A DNA stretch of 64,000 nt, taken from the NCBI GenBank assembly GCA_963827275.1, contig CAWHAA010000005.1, positions 672,001 through 736,000 on the forward strand, written 5' to 3'. The position numbers were made by a program, and so were the translations under genes. Origin of the DNA: an uncultured Spirochaetota bacterium (GTDB taxonomy: Bacteria > Spirochaetota > UBA4802 > UBA5550). Each line of letters begins with the position of its first letter. The first letter of the stretch is position 1. Positions 39,801 to 50,823 of this stretch are shown one piece after another. The notes beneath the pieces are model-generated. The model ran no database searches. It was not told the origin of the DNA and worked only from the letters and a program-made list of their open reading frames with translations.

Positions 39801-40370
39801 TTACCGTTTCTTCTGGAGGCTGCCGAGGAAGGCGATGAACTGCCGGTAAAAGTCCTTGAATTCGTCATTCCTGCGCAGCTCGTGCAGGTCGGGGTCCTTC
39901 CCGTTCATGACGTCGTCCATGTGCCGTGACAGGAGCAGGATTGGGCCCGACATCCGGCCCGTGAGGCGGATCAGGTAGATGAAGAGAAACACACCGAGCA
40001 GGACACCGGTGACGATCATCAGGGTGAAGAGGAGCCTGTTCCTGTCCAGGATCTTATTTAACCGGGTCACGCTCTCCTGCATCATCGCAATGCTCTCGAG
40101 GTGGTCCCCGAGGAGCCGTTCCCGTTCGGGCGCAAGGACCGCATCGCGCCTGTTCTTCGCGGCGGAGGCAAGAAGGTCGGCCGTCTTCTTGTCCCGCTCG
40201 ATATGCCTGTTGAGCTCATCGATGGTGCCGGTGATGGCCCGGTTATTATGGGTGGATACGATTCCCGTCACCGCGATGATCAGGATGAAGGCGATGATGA
40301 ATATCCCGATGACGCGGAAGGTTGTCTTCAGCTGGAAATTCCTGTCGACTATCGCTTTTCTCTTCAACAT
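39801..40370 (-). CDS. Two-TM membrane protein with a HAMP-like C-terminus
   Basis: IVDRNFQLK, TM1, TM2, then RMSGPI...LRRNDEF; GAGG upstream of the ATG at 40370. Confidence 0.7.
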   Translation of the reverse strand: MLKRKAIVDRNFQLKTTFRVIGIFIIAFILIIAVTGIVSTHNNRAITGTIDELNRHIERDKKTADLLASAAKNRRDAVLAPERERLLGDHLESIAMMQESVTRLNKILDRNRLLFTLMIVTGVLLGVFLFIYLIRLTGRMSGPILLLSRHMDDVMNGKDPDLHELRRNDEFKDFYRQFIAFLGSLQKKR

Positions 40371-40572
40371 GGCCTCACCGCCGCTTGTGGATATGCGCCC
40401 GCGCCGTCCGTCAGCGCGGAACAATGCTACGGCGATCCTACGGCCGATTTTTGCCGCCTGTCAAGCAGAATTAGTCGCCGTTCCGGCGCGGTCGCGGCGG
40501 CCGATTTTTTAGAAAAGTAGTTGCATTCAGGCCATGCTCTAAAATAGTAATGATACAGTACTGGAGCTGCGG

Positions 40573-41334
40573 ATGGGAAAGGTGATATCGGTCTCCAACC
40601 AGAAGGGCGGAGTGGGGAAAACTACGACAACGGTGAACGTTGCCGCGTTTATCGCCGAAAAAGGGAAGCGCGTGCTCATCATCGATATCGACCCGCAGGC
40701 CAACGCGGGCTTCGGCGTGGGCGTAAGCGCCGGGGAGGACGACCCGTCGATCTACGAGGTCCTCATCGGCTCGACGCCGATCCGCGAGGCCATCAAGCAG
40801 ACCGGCATCAACGGCCTGTACCTGATCCCGTCGAACATCCACCTGGCCGGCGCCCAGGTGGACCTCCTTGACGCGGAGCGGAAGGAATTCATCCTCCGCA
40901 GCGCGATGAAGGACATCCGGGAGGAGTTCGATTATATCTTCATCGACTGCCCGCCCTCGCTGGGCATCCTGACGCTGAACGGCCTGGTCGCCGCGGACTC
41001 GGTGATGATACCGCTCCAGTGCGAATACTACGCGCTGGAGGGACTGAGCCAGCTGCTCCGCATCATCGCGATGGTGCAGGAAAACCTGAACAGGGGCCTG
41101 TCCATCGAAGGGGTGGTCCTCACCATGTACGATTCCCGGACCAACCTGTCGCAGCAGGTGGTCTCCGACGTGCGGGAATATTTTTCGGACAAGGTCTTCA
41201 AGACGATCATCCCGAGGAACGTACGGCTTTCCGAGGCCCCCTCGTTCGGAAAGCCGATCGGCCATTACGACAAGGGGAGCATCGGCAGCGTGACCTATGA
41301 GAATCTGGCAAAAGAGGTTTTAAAGAATGGCTAA
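40573..41334 (+). CDS. parA: Chromosome partitioning ATPase ParA/Soj
   Basis: NQKGGVGKTTT, DIDPQAN, IDCPPSLG, PLQCEYYALEG, IPRNVRLSEAPS. Confidence 0.96.
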   Translation: MGKVISVSNQKGGVGKTTTTVNVAAFIAEKGKRVLIIDIDPQANAGFGVGVSAGEDDPSIYEVLIGSTPIREAIKQTGINGLYLIPSNIHLAGAQVDLLDAERKEFILRSAMKDIREEFDYIFIDCPPSLGILTLNGLVAADSVMIPLQCEYYALEGLSQLLRIIAMVQENLNRGLSIEGVVLTMYDSRTNLSQQVVSDVREYFSDKVFKTIIPRNVRLSEAPSFGKPIGHYDKGSIGSVTYENLAKEVLKNG

Positions 41335-42196
41335 GAAGGTTCTTGGCAAGGGGCTCTCCGCGATCATCACCGCGTCTCCGACGCCGGTCGAGGCCCTGGA
41401 AAAGGGGATCGTCCAGAACGCGGAAACCATCGCGGAGCTGGACGTCGAATCGGTCCTGCCCAACCCGGACCAGCCGCGCACGGTGTTCGATGAATCCGAG
41501 ATACGGGGGCTCGCGGCATCCATCCAGGCGGTGGGGCTCCTGCAGCCGATCATCGTACGGCGTGCGGAGAGCAACTACTACGTGGTCGCGGGCGAACGGC
41601 GGCTCAGGGCCGCGAAGCACGCCGGGCTGAAGAAGATCAGGGCCATCGTCATCGAGGCCGACGAGGTGAAGAACCTGACCCTGGCGCTCATAGAAAACAT
41701 CCAGCGGACCAACCTGAACCCCATCGAGGAGGCCGAGGCCTACCGGGTCCTGATCGACCGCTTCAGCCTCCGCCAGCAGGACATCGCGTCCCAGGTCGGA
41801 AAGGAGCGGGCGACCGTTGCCAACACCCTCCGCCTGCTCCAGCTCCCCGACGAGATACGGGGGTCGCTTGCCGCGGGAGACATCAGCGCCGGGCACGCGA
41901 AGGTCCTCCTGTCCGTGAGCGGCAGCCGCCAGATGGCGCTCTACCGCGATATCATCAGCAAGGCGGTCTCGGTCCGCGCCCTCGAGCAGATGGTACAGGA
42001 CGGGGGAGCAACGCAGAAGCACGAGAAGAAAAAGCAGGCGAAAAACGCCCATATCCGCAAGATGGAAGAGGAGCTCGTGACCGCCCTCGGCACGAAGGTC
42101 GAGATCAAGCACGCCGGGGGCAAGGGCAAGATCGAGATCAGCTATTATTCGCTGGATGATTTTGACAGGATCGCCGATATAATAAGGAAAGGATAG
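41327..42196 (+). CDS. parB: Chromosome partitioning protein ParB/Spo0J
   Basis: LGKGLSA, PNPDQPR, AGERRLRA, ENIQRTNLNPIEEA. Confidence 0.96.
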   Translation: MAKKVLGKGLSAIITASPTPVEALEKGIVQNAETIAELDVESVLPNPDQPRTVFDESEIRGLAASIQAVGLLQPIIVRRAESNYYVVAGERRLRAAKHAGLKKIRAIVIEADEVKNLTLALIENIQRTNLNPIEEAEAYRVLIDRFSLRQQDIASQVGKERATVANTLRLLQLPDEIRGSLAAGDISAGHAKVLLSVSGSRQMALYRDIISKAVSVRALEQMVQDGGATQKHEKKKQAKNAHIRKMEEELVTALGTKVEIKHAGGKGKIEISYYSLDDFDRIADIIRKG

Positions 42197-42254
42197 CATC
42201 CGGGGCGCCCTGTGCGCCGTTGTATCCTCCTATCCATAACACGGGGAGCACGCA

Positions 42255-42803
42255 ATGGACCGTAAGGATGGAGCGCGCGAGTATTTCAACAAGCTGAAGA
42301 TCGTTGAGAAGTTCTGCTCGGGCGACATCGAGACCGCCAAGAAGATCATGAAGGGCGAATTCGCCGATATCGTGGTCATCAAGGGCCGATTCAAGGACGG
42401 CGACGAGGAAAATTTCGGCCTCTTCGTGGTGTTCCTCAGCCGGCTGAGCCGCTCAGTCGTGAGCACGCGGTCGGTCATCTCCCGCACCGAGTCAGTGTTC
42501 CATCACAAGCCGTTCGACTCATGGAAGAATTTCCTGAGCAAGATCGAAAAAGAGACCAGCGAAGCCGAGGTTGACGCGGAGAGGATCAAGACACTGGACG
42601 CCGTGCTGGGCCGCCTCGGAGAGCTCAAGTTCTTCGTCAGCGTCTTCGAGTGGATCGACAAAAACGACATCATGAACCTCACCGACAAGTTCGAGAAGAT
42701 CGTCAACAACGTCCTCGGCATAAGCGATTCGCACGTGGTCCTCGACTTCGAGAACATCACCTCCCTCGCGCTCTACGAGGAGAAGGGGATAAAGCCCCTC
42801 TAG
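42255..42803 (+). CDS. Hypothetical protein
   Basis: GGGGAG RBS, host-like codon usage, co-oriented with parAB. Confidence 0.75.
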   Translation: MDRKDGAREYFNKLKIVEKFCSGDIETAKKIMKGEFADIVVIKGRFKDGDEENFGLFVVFLSRLSRSVVSTRSVISRTESVFHHKPFDSWKNFLSKIEKETSEAEVDAERIKTLDAVLGRLGELKFFVSVFEWIDKNDIMNLTDKFEKIVNNVLGISDSHVVLDFENITSLALYEEKGIKPL

Positions 42804-42817
42804 CCCATGTGTGCGCA

Positions 42818-43270
42818 ATGCGGATAATCGTTGACGCGGATTCATGCCCGGTCGTGATCAAGGAGATACTCTACCGGGCGGCGGAACGCGTCCGCGTCCC
42901 CCTGGTCCTCGTGGCAAACCAGCGCCTGGCGGTCCCGGATTCGGCATACATCTCATGTATTGAAGTCCCCGCAGGTCCCGATGTCGCGGATGACCGCATC
43001 GCCATGATGGCGGCGGCGGAGGACCTTGTCATTACCGCCGACCTGCCCCTCGCGGACCGCGTTGTCCGTAAGGGCGCCTGCGCGCTCAATCCCCGGGGCG
43101 AGCTGTACACGGCAGCGAACATAAAGGACCGCCTCGCCACGCGCGACCTGATGGAGGTCCTGAGAAACAGCGGCGTGGATACGGGCGGGCCCTCCGCCTT
43201 CAGCATGAGAGACCGCCAGTCCTTTGCCGGTCAGCTGGACCGCTTCCTTGTGAAACATGGCCATAGATGA
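42818..43270 (+). CDS. YaiI/YqxD (DUF188) family protein
   Basis: [35 protein letters not shown]. Confidence 0.9.
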   Translation: MRIIVDADSCPVVIKEILYRAAERVRVPLVLVANQRLAVPDSAYISCIEVPAGPDVADDRIAMMAAAEDLVITADLPLADRVVRKGACALNPRGELYTAANIKDRLATRDLMEVLRNSGVDTGGPSAFSMRDRQSFAGQLDRFLVKHGHR

Positions 43271-43283
43271 AGGGAGGCGCTTC

Positions 43284-43421
43284 ATGAAAAAGATGATGAT
43301 ACCGAAAATCCAGTACATCACCCATGACCGGGGCGCCGACCAGATGGGCCTCTTCTTCCCTGACATCGACAAGCGCAGGGACCTCCCCGGCGGCAAGGGA
43401 TGGGCGGCGGCGAGCCTGTAA
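43284..43421 (+). CDS. Possible 45-aa small protein
   Basis: GGGAGG RBS, then MKKMMIPKIQYITHDRGADQMGLFFPDIDKRRDLPGGKGWAAASL-stop; fills an intergenic gap. Confidence 0.35.
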   Translation: MKKMMIPKIQYITHDRGADQMGLFFPDIDKRRDLPGGKGWAAASL

Positions 43422-43494
43422 GGTGCGCATGGCGCATTATGCTTGCCATCGGCGGCAGGATGGCTTTGTGTGACAGAGGAGAGAATTTCTGACG

Positions 43495-44553
43495 ATGCCT
43501 GCCATTCGCGAAATACAGCCCGGGATATTCCTTGTCAGGGAGCGGGGCGGCTGGGGCCCCCTGCGGCCGCAGATGAACATCTATGTCCTCACCGGTGACG
43601 AGGGGCTTGTGTATGATGCCGGTTACGGCACCAGGGGGTCCGTGCGGCACCTCGCCAGGGAGGTCCGGCGCATAGAAAACCACTGCCGGGACCGCGGCGA
43701 GCCATGTTCAATCACGCGGGTACTGCCCAGCCATGTCCACCCGGACCATTTCTCCGGTCTCGCGGGGCTCAGGGAAGAGCTCGGCCTGCGCATCCTGCTC
43801 ACCCGCCGCATGGCGGCAACGATCCGTTCCAGGGACGCCTACCGCGATTCCTACCGGGACTTCACCGGGGAGGAGGCCTGCGGCCTGAGGCGCATCGTCC
43901 GGGAGCGCATCACCGGCCCGGCCGCGTCCCGCTTTTACGAGGCGCTGTACGGGACCAGGTTCGTCGCCGCTCCCGACGAGATTATCGGCGACAGCGGCGC
44001 GATCGCTGCCGGGGGCAGGACCTGGCGCATCATCGCCACTCCCGGGCATTCGCCTGACCACCTGTCCCTGTACGATGAGGCGTCAGGAGTGCTCCTGGGC
44101 GGGGACAACGTCCTCAGCGGCATCACTACCTGGCTCGGGCCGCCCAAGTCCGACATTGCGATCTACCTGCGCACCCTGGAACGCCTGCGCGCCCTCCCCG
44201 GCCTGCGCCTGATCCTGGGAGCGCACGGGGGCCCGGTCGAGGACCCCGGTGCGCGTATAGCTGAAATCATCCAGTGGCGCGCCCGGCGTCTCGAACACGT
44301 GTACGACGCGGTCAGGGCAAGCGGCACCGCGGGGACCGGCAAGCGGGAAGTGATACGCGCTCTCTACAGGGGGGAAGGCTTTATGAAACGTTTTATGGCG
44401 GACGGCTGGATCGACCTTTCGCTCCGCTGCCTGATTGAAGACGGGCGCATCAGGGAACTGTCCCGGGGAAGGTACGGCGCCGGCCGGTCCTGCCGCCAGG
44501 GGCCTGCTTCATGTACGCAAGCGGGGCCTACAGGATCTCGTAACAGGTCTTGA
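43495..44553 (+). CDS. Metallo-beta-lactamase-fold hydrolase
   Basis: SHVHPDH, TPGHSPDH, GGDNVL, GAHG. Confidence 0.88.
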   Translation: MPAIREIQPGIFLVRERGGWGPLRPQMNIYVLTGDEGLVYDAGYGTRGSVRHLAREVRRIENHCRDRGEPCSITRVLPSHVHPDHFSGLAGLREELGLRILLTRRMAATIRSRDAYRDSYRDFTGEEACGLRRIVRERITGPAASRFYEALYGTRFVAAPDEIIGDSGAIAAGGRTWRIIATPGHSPDHLSLYDEASGVLLGGDNVLSGITTWLGPPKSDIAIYLRTLERLRALPGLRLILGAHGGPVEDPGARIAEIIQWRARRLEHVYDAVRASGTAGTGKREVIRALYRGEGFMKRFMADGWIDLSLRCLIEDGRIRELSRGRYGAGRSCRQGPASCTQAGPTGSRNRS

Positions 44554-44812
44554 TGTCCAGTCCCGGCTCGAGCAGGGGAAACAGCTTCTCCAGGGTCTTC
44601 GGCAGGTTCTCGGAATGGATTTTCAGCGCATCCTTGTCGCGGTATTTTTCATAGATCAGTATGGCGTGGTCGTCGCCGCGGACCTTGTGCGGGATGTAGG
44701 CGAGGCACCCGGGCTCCGATTCTTTCAGCTTCGGAACGACATTTTTCAGTATCTCCACGGCTTCGTCCATTTTCCCGTTCTTGACGTTTAATTTCGCGAT
44801 CAATGTAATCAT
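44528..44812 (-). CDS. ABM-family (putative quinol monooxygenase) protein
   Basis: SEPGCLAY...ILIYEKYRDKDALKIH. Confidence 0.85.
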   Translation of the reverse strand: MITLIAKLNVKNGKMDEAVEILKNVVPKLKESEPGCLAYIPHKVRGDDHAILIYEKYRDKDALKIHSENLPKTLEKLFPLLEPGLDIKTCYEIL

Positions 44813-44926
44813 CGTCATCCCCCAGGGGTGGTTTCAAATATTCTTATCAAACATGGAAAATACGCGCGGAATTGCAAACAAGAAATTGTTCCGGAACGGA
44901 ATTATTGTGCGGCCGGAGGCGGGCCG

Positions 44927-46180
44927 TCATGACGCTGCCGCCGTCCCCGCCGCGTACCCGGTGCTCCAGCAGACCTGGAGGTTGTACCCGCCCGTGGGCC
45001 CGTCAATATCGATGATCTCGCCGGCGAAATAGAGGTTTTCGACGAGGCGCGAGCGCATGGTGCGCATGTCGATCTCGTCGAGCGATACGCCGCCCGCGGT
45101 CACGATGGCGCTGTCATAGCCGTCGAGCCCGGCCACCCCGGTACGGAGGTCTTTTAAAAGGCCGACGAGCCTCTTCCGCTCGTCGCGCGCCAGGTGGCTC
45201 ACGCTCTTCAGCGGGTCGATACCGGCAAGGCGCACGACCACCGGGATGAGGGACGCGGGCAGGAGCCGCCCGAGGCTGTTCTTGAATTGCCGCGTCGGAT
45301 TTTCGCCGAAGTCCCGGCGTATCCGCGCGTCAAGCGCGGCGTGGTCGAGCGCGGGCTTCAGGTCAATCGAGAGCTCGAGCTTCGCGGGAAGGAGCTCGCC
45401 GATCACGCGGCTCAGGTCGAGCAGTACCGGTCCGCTCATGCCGTTGGACGTGAAGAGCGCCTCGCCGAACTCGCGCGCCGCGGTCCTGCCGTCGCGGATG
45501 ACCGACACCGATACGTTCTTGAGGCTCAGCCCCTCGAGCTCCGCGATCCATGCCTCGCGGAGCCTGACCGGCACCAGTGACGGCCGCGGCGGGACGACGG
45601 TGTGACCGAGCGCGCGGGCTATGGCGAAGCCGGCCCCGGTCGATCCGGTTGCGGGGTAGGAAAGCCCCCCGGTGCAGAGAATAAAGCGGCCGGCCTCGAC
45701 CGTCCCATGGTCGGTGATGGCCCGCGATACCAGGTCTCCGCCCCGTATCATCTCCCGTATATCGAATCCGTCCTTTACCCGCACGCCGTTTTCCTTCATG
45801 TAGTCGCGCAGCACCCGCACCACGTCGGCCGCGCTGTCGGAGACGGGGAACACGCGGTTCCCGCGCTCCACCTTGAGCGGGAGGCCGCGCTCCGAAAAAA
45901 AATTCATGGCGTCCTCCACCCCGAAGGCGTGCAGGACTGAATTCAGGTACCGCCCCTTTTTCCCGAAATGATCGAGGAAGGTACGCACATTGTAATCGGC
46001 ATTGGTGATGTTGCACCGCCCCTTCCCGGTCAGGAGGAGCTTCCTGCCGGGACGGCTGTTTTTTTCAAGGAGCACGACGCCGGCGCCCAGCCGCGCCGCG
46101 GTCCCCGCGGCCATCATGCCCGCCGGGCCGCCCCCGATCACCGCGACATCGCAGGTGATGATTGCTGAATCAGACGACAT
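44927..46180 (-). CDS. HI0933/BaiN-family NAD(P)/FAD oxidoreductase
   Basis: IGGGPAGMMAA, GRKLLLTGKGRCNITN, TGGLSYPATGSTG, VTAGGV, GPTGGYNLQ. Confidence 0.93.
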   Translation of the reverse strand: MSSDSAIITCDVAVIGGGPAGMMAAGTAARLGAGVVLLEKNSRPGRKLLLTGKGRCNITNADYNVRTFLDHFGKKGRYLNSVLHAFGVEDAMNFFSERGLPLKVERGNRVFPVSDSAADVVRVLRDYMKENGVRVKDGFDIREMIRGGDLVSRAITDHGTVEAGRFILCTGGLSYPATGSTGAGFAIARALGHTVVPPRPSLVPVRLREAWIAELEGLSLKNVSVSVIRDGRTAAREFGEALFTSNGMSGPVLLDLSRVIGELLPAKLELSIDLKPALDHAALDARIRRDFGENPTRQFKNSLGRLLPASLIPVVVRLAGIDPLKSVSHLARDERKRLVGLLKDLRTGVAGLDGYDSAIVTAGGVSLDEIDMRTMRSRLVENLYFAGEIIDIDGPTGGYNLQVCWSTGYAAGTAAAS

Positions 46181-46341
46181 ACTGCTGTTCTCCCGCGGGT
46201 AGTGAACATCACAGATCACGGCGATGACAACCCTATTTTGCATCATAATAAAAATTTTATCTCACCATAAACGCCATGGCCGGCACCTCTGACACAAAAA
46301 GTTCTTGAATTGCATTCATACTGATTGTTACACCGTCTATC

Positions 46342-47208
46342 ATGGCACCGAAGATCAAAATGCGGAGTCAGTGCGCCGGGACTGCCGCGGCAACTGTCAT
46401 GGCTGCCGCCCTGGTCATGTGCGGATCAGCGACACCGGCCGGTGAGCCGTCCCCCGTGGACGAGGCGCTCATCTGGCTGCAGACAAAGAGCTATGAGCGT
46501 GAATACCGGAAGAACATGCGAAAGGCGGTCCTCCTTGAGCTCTATTTGTCCCAAACGAAGCCTGACCCCGGCATATGGACAAAAGAGTCACCCGTGCACC
46601 GGGACCGCCTGGCCGGATTCACGGCCGGCCTCCCCGGCGCGCCGAAGGGGGACACCATCGCGTTCGGGGATTCTCTGATAGACCTTACCAGGAACAGGCT
46701 CCGTTCGGTACCGAGCCGGCTTAATTTTGCTATCAGCGGCTCCTGGGCCAACCATATGGCGCAGATGGCGTCGGACATCCGGCCGGTCCTGGAGCGGACC
46801 GGCATCTACCGGTCCGTAGCGTATGTCGTCGTCGGGAGCCTGGGCGGGAACCCGCTCCTGATGCGCCAGCCGGTTGACCGGACGATAGAAGAAAGCCGCA
46901 AGGCCCTGGACACGATCCGGCGCCTCTACCCCGGGGCGCGAATCATCGTTTTCGGAATACCGCCGACAATAAGCATGTATGTCAACAGGAACGCCCTCTC
47001 CTTTGAAGCGGCACTCTACCGCTGGGTGCTCGCGGACCGCGATGCAGTCCTGCTCCCCCTCCAGCAGCGCTTCGCCGGACCCCTGGGGCTCTTCCCGAAG
47101 GCGATCATGTCAGTAGACGGTGTTCATTTCTCCGCGCAGGGCGCGGTTGAATTGGACCGACTCTTTGAAAAAGCAAAACATGCACCGCCGAAATCGCTCA
47201 TCGACTGA
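46342..47208 (+). CDS. SGNH/GDSL hydrolase, probably exported
   Basis: AFGDSL, NFAISGS, LGGN, DGVHF blocks; N-terminal hydrophobic segment followed by Cys. Confidence 0.8.
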   Translation: MAPKIKMRSQCAGTAAATVMAAALVMCGSATPAGEPSPVDEALIWLQTKSYEREYRKNMRKAVLLELYLSQTKPDPGIWTKESPVHRDRLAGFTAGLPGAPKGDTIAFGDSLIDLTRNRLRSVPSRLNFAISGSWANHMAQMASDIRPVLERTGIYRSVAYVVVGSLGGNPLLMRQPVDRTIEESRKALDTIRRLYPGARIIVFGIPPTISMYVNRNALSFEAALYRWVLADRDAVLLPLQQRFAGPLGLFPKAIMSVDGVHFSAQGAVELDRLFEKAKHAPPKSLID

Positions 47209-47290
47209 ATTATCACCCTCAACTGGCCCTCTATAATTAAAATTATCACTTTCTGGCAGATCATCGATCCTGTTTATTTTCATCTTGATT

Positions 47291-47304
47291 TCTGATATAT
47301 CAGA
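47291..47304. promoter_or_regulatory. Perfect 14-bp palindrome, possible operator
   Basis: TCTGATATATCAGA in the AT-rich region upstream of the radical SAM gene at 47431. Confidence 0.35.
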
Positions 47305-47430
47305 TATTGGCGTGATCCGGCCTATAATTATGTTATTATTTAACCAGTCGTTAAATAATTCGCAATATTTATACCGGCTGGACGGTTTAAATAGATATAA
47401 TTCAATTATTGATAACTATCATCGGAGGCA

Positions 47431-49041
47431 ATGAAAAAAATGAAGACGAAAGTATTAATGGTTTATCCCGAAATCCCGAACACCTTCTGGAACTTCCAAA
47501 GTTTAATGCCGGTCCTGGGCAAAAAGGCTATGTTCCCGCCCCTCGGGCTGCTGACCATCGCCGCACTCATGCCCGATAACTATGACATCAAGCTCATAGA
47601 CCTGAACGCGTACCCTCTCACGAAACTTGACGTAGAAGCAGCGGACCTGGTCTTCATATCGGCCATGGGCGTGCAGCAGGATTCATTCGTCAAGGTGGTG
47701 GACCTCTGTGCCGAATGCGGGAAGACCATGGTCGCGGGGGGCCCTCTCATCTGGTCGGCGCATGATCTCGGCGTGCTGAATATAGACAAGATTGACCACC
47801 TTGTGCTCAACGAGGCTGAAACGATCCTGCCGCAATTCCTCAAGGATTATGAAAACGGGACCGCCCGGCGCATCTATTCGACTTCCGAAAAGCCGGACAT
47901 GACGATGTCCCCTCTTCCCCGGTACGACCTGGTGGACCTGAACGACTATGCGATGGTCCCGGTCCAGTATTCACGCGGCTGCCCCTTCCAGTGTGAATTC
48001 TGCGACATCATCGAGATGAACGGCAGGCAGGTACGGACAAAAACCCCGGAACAGTTTTTACGCGAGCTCGACTTCATCCTTGACAGCGGGTACCGGGGCG
48101 AGGTGTTCATCGTTGACGACAATTTTATCGGGCACGTCCCCAAAACAAAAGCCATGCTCAGGAAGCTCCTTGAATGGCAGGAAGCGCATGAGTTTCCCTT
48201 TTATTTCATAACCCAGGTCAGCATTAACATGGCACACGATGAAGAGCTGCTGAACCTCGTCGCCGACACCAATTTCGGGATGGTCTTCGTAGGGATCGAG
48301 ACCCCGGACACAGCCACCCTGGCGAACATCAACAAAAACCAGAATGTCAAAGAGAACATGATTGAGAGCATAAAGCGGATCCAGTCTAAACGAATAATGG
48401 TCATGGGCGGCTTCATCATCGGGTTCGACACCGACACCGAGGACATCTTTGACCGGCAGATTGATTTTGTCCAGAAGGCGGGGATCCCGATCGCCATGGT
48501 GGGCCTGCTGGGGGCGATGCCGAACACGCAGCTCTACCGCCGCCTGAAAAAAGAGAACCGGATAATCGGTAACGGATGGCACTCCTACAACAACATCGAC
48601 CTGTGCCTGAACTTCACCCCGCGGATGGATGAGCAGACCCTCATCGAAGGGTACAAGCGGGTCATCGCGGAGATATACAGCCCGCGCCGCTGGTTCGAAC
48701 GCAACCTGAAGCTGCTGGAGCACTTTTCGCAGAAACCGTCGCCCCGCACGGTAAAGATTTTCAAGGATGACGCGACCCTCCGGCACAAGGTAACATGCAT
48801 CACGAAGGACCTGTTCTTCTTTTTAAAACAGATATTCTCCTCTTACGGACTTGAATATATCAGGTTCATGATACAGGCCAGGAAGGTCAACAGGGCAAAC
48901 TTCCTTTCCGGGGTCGCATTTGCCGGGACCTTCCCCCATTATCATTCTATCGCCAAAAGAATCATGGACAGCAAATATATCTTCAGGGACCGTAACGGGG
49001 AATGCCACAGTGTAACACATGAAGGAAAAATCGCGATATGA
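47431..49041 (+). CDS. B12-binding radical SAM protein (DUF4070-type)
   Basis: FPPLGLLTIAA, SRGCPFQCEFCDI, VDDNFIG, VFVGIETP, GFIIGFDTD. Confidence 0.9.
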   Translation: MKKMKTKVLMVYPEIPNTFWNFQSLMPVLGKKAMFPPLGLLTIAALMPDNYDIKLIDLNAYPLTKLDVEAADLVFISAMGVQQDSFVKVVDLCAECGKTMVAGGPLIWSAHDLGVLNIDKIDHLVLNEAETILPQFLKDYENGTARRIYSTSEKPDMTMSPLPRYDLVDLNDYAMVPVQYSRGCPFQCEFCDIIEMNGRQVRTKTPEQFLRELDFILDSGYRGEVFIVDDNFIGHVPKTKAMLRKLLEWQEAHEFPFYFITQVSINMAHDEELLNLVADTNFGMVFVGIETPDTATLANINKNQNVKENMIESIKRIQSKRIMVMGGFIIGFDTDTEDIFDRQIDFVQKAGIPIAMVGLLGAMPNTQLYRRLKKENRIIGNGWHSYNNIDLCLNFTPRMDEQTLIEGYKRVIAEIYSPRRWFERNLKLLEHFSQKPSPRTVKIFKDDATLRHKVTCITKDLFFFLKQIFSSYGLEYIRFMIQARKVNRANFLSGVAFAGTFPHYHSIAKRIMDSKYIFRDRNGECHSVTHEGKIAI

Positions 49042-49101
49042 CCGGGGAACGGGCCGACGCGGGCATAATCGTCATGTAAAACCCGGACGGGTCATGATGA
49101 C

Positions 49102-49136
49102 AAAAAAACGCGCGGCGAACATGAGGTCCGCCGCGC
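49102..49136 (-). terminator. Intrinsic terminator of the ADH-ALDH operon
   Basis: Minus strand GCGCGGCGGAC-loop-GTTCGCCGCGC followed by G and T7. Confidence 0.7.
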
Positions 49137-49177
49137 ATAACCCAGTTATCTGTAATATGCAGATACTCCACATCAGT

Positions 49178-50791
49178 TTAACGGCGTTCTTTCAGGTCCG
49201 AGTTAAACGTCCTGAAAAAAGCCCTGCCCAAACCGTACAGACCCTTGATGCGGTATACAAGGGTTTTCCCGTATAAAAAATTGACCACGCCGCGCACCCC
49301 TCCATATATGGCATGGCTGTGGGGATGCCACCAGAATTGTTTTCTCGCGAAAGGCAGGATGTCGTTCACAATCACCATCGGCTGGGTCATTTCGGCAAAG
49401 CCGATATCGCCGTGCGACCTGCCGATGCTGGATTGCTTGAACCCGCCCCACGGCGTCTCCGCCAGGCCGTGGCTCATCAGGTGGTCATTTATGGTCATGG
49501 CCCCGCTCTGTACTTCCCGGGCTATCTTCATGGCTTTCTTCCTGTTTTTCGACCATACCGAACCGGTCAGTCCAAGGTAGGAATCGTTGGCCAGCTCTAT
49601 CGCCTCTTCAATACTGTCCACCTTCATGACCGCAACGACCGGGCCGAATGTTTCATCTTTCATGGTGATCATATCATGATCAACATCGGTCAGCACGATG
49701 CAGGGCATGAAATTACCCTTGTGGTTTCGCGGGGGATCGGATTTTGCGAATATCGTGGCGCCTTTATCCAGTGCGTCCCTGATATGCGCTTCGACCGTTG
49801 CCATCTGGCGCTTTGTCGTGAGCGCGCCGATATCCGTGTCGAAATTCCTGTCCTCACCTACCACAAGGGATTCCACGCCCTGTTTGAGCAGGTCCAGGAA
49901 CCTGTCATACACGTTTTTATGCACATAGATCCGCTCAACGCCTCCGCATGACTGCCCGGCGTTCTGCATGCCGGCCCATATCGCCCCCATGGCCGCCCGG
50001 TGCAGGTCCGCATCCTCGCAGACGATCATCGGGTCGTTTCCGCCCAGCTCGAGCGAAAGCGGCGTCAGAGTCTCCGAGGCCTTTTTCATCAGATATTGGC
50101 CGACGGGCGTTGACCCGGTAAAAAACAGCTTGTCCACGCCTGATTCGAGGAACGCGTCGCCCGCGAGGCTCCCCGGCATGTTTATATAGGTGAACACCCC
50201 TTCCGGCAGCCCGGCGGACCCGATGCACTCTTTCAGCTTGTGGCCGACGGCCTGGGTTTCCGAAGCAGCCTTCAGGATGACCGCGTTGCCGGCAAGCAGC
50301 GCCATGATCACTTCCGAATAAGGGATCGCGAACGGATAGTTCCAGGGGGATATGATGCCGACGACGCCCCACGGGACGCGCACGATCTTGCTCCTCTTAA
50401 AAAAGAACATGATGTTGCCCAGGGGCAGTTTCCGGTCCTTCATGAATTTCGCGGCGTTTTTACAGTAGTACGTGGTGGCCATGGCGGTCGTCAATACGTC
50501 AGTCGTAAGGGCGTCCGTCCTCGTTTTTCCGTTGTCGCGCGATACGATCTCCGCGATCTCGTCCATATGCTCGACGATATAAGCGCGGATCTTCAAAATC
50601 ATCTTCGCCCGCTGCTTCACCGGGACCCTGGACCATTCTTTCTGCGCTTCCCGCGCCCGTTCAACGGCCCTGCGCACATCGCCCGCCGTGTTGACCTTGA
50701 ATTCCCCGATGATCTCCCCATTAGCCGGATTAATGCTGATCGTTCTAACGTCATCTATATTTATGACTTTTTTCTTCGGTGCTTCTGTCAT
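49178..50791 (-). CDS. Aldehyde dehydrogenase
   Basis: ISPWNYP, FTGST, LELGGNDP, NAGQSC, ETFGPV. Confidence 0.94.
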   Translation of the reverse strand: MTEAPKKKVINIDDVRTISINPANGEIIGEFKVNTAGDVRRAVERAREAQKEWSRVPVKQRAKMILKIRAYIVEHMDEIAEIVSRDNGKTRTDALTTDVLTTAMATTYYCKNAAKFMKDRKLPLGNIMFFFKRSKIVRVPWGVVGIISPWNYPFAIPYSEVIMALLAGNAVILKAASETQAVGHKLKECIGSAGLPEGVFTYINMPGSLAGDAFLESGVDKLFFTGSTPVGQYLMKKASETLTPLSLELGGNDPMIVCEDADLHRAAMGAIWAGMQNAGQSCGGVERIYVHKNVYDRFLDLLKQGVESLVVGEDRNFDTDIGALTTKRQMATVEAHIRDALDKGATIFAKSDPPRNHKGNFMPCIVLTDVDHDMITMKDETFGPVVAVMKVDSIEEAIELANDSYLGLTGSVWSKNRKKAMKIAREVQSGAMTINDHLMSHGLAETPWGGFKQSSIGRSHGDIGFAEMTQPMVIVNDILPFARKQFWWHPHSHAIYGGVRGVVNFLYGKTLVYRIKGLYGLGRAFFRTFNSDLKERR

Positions 50792-50823
50792 GATCGACCT
50801 CCTCTTTTATGCATAGATATGAA

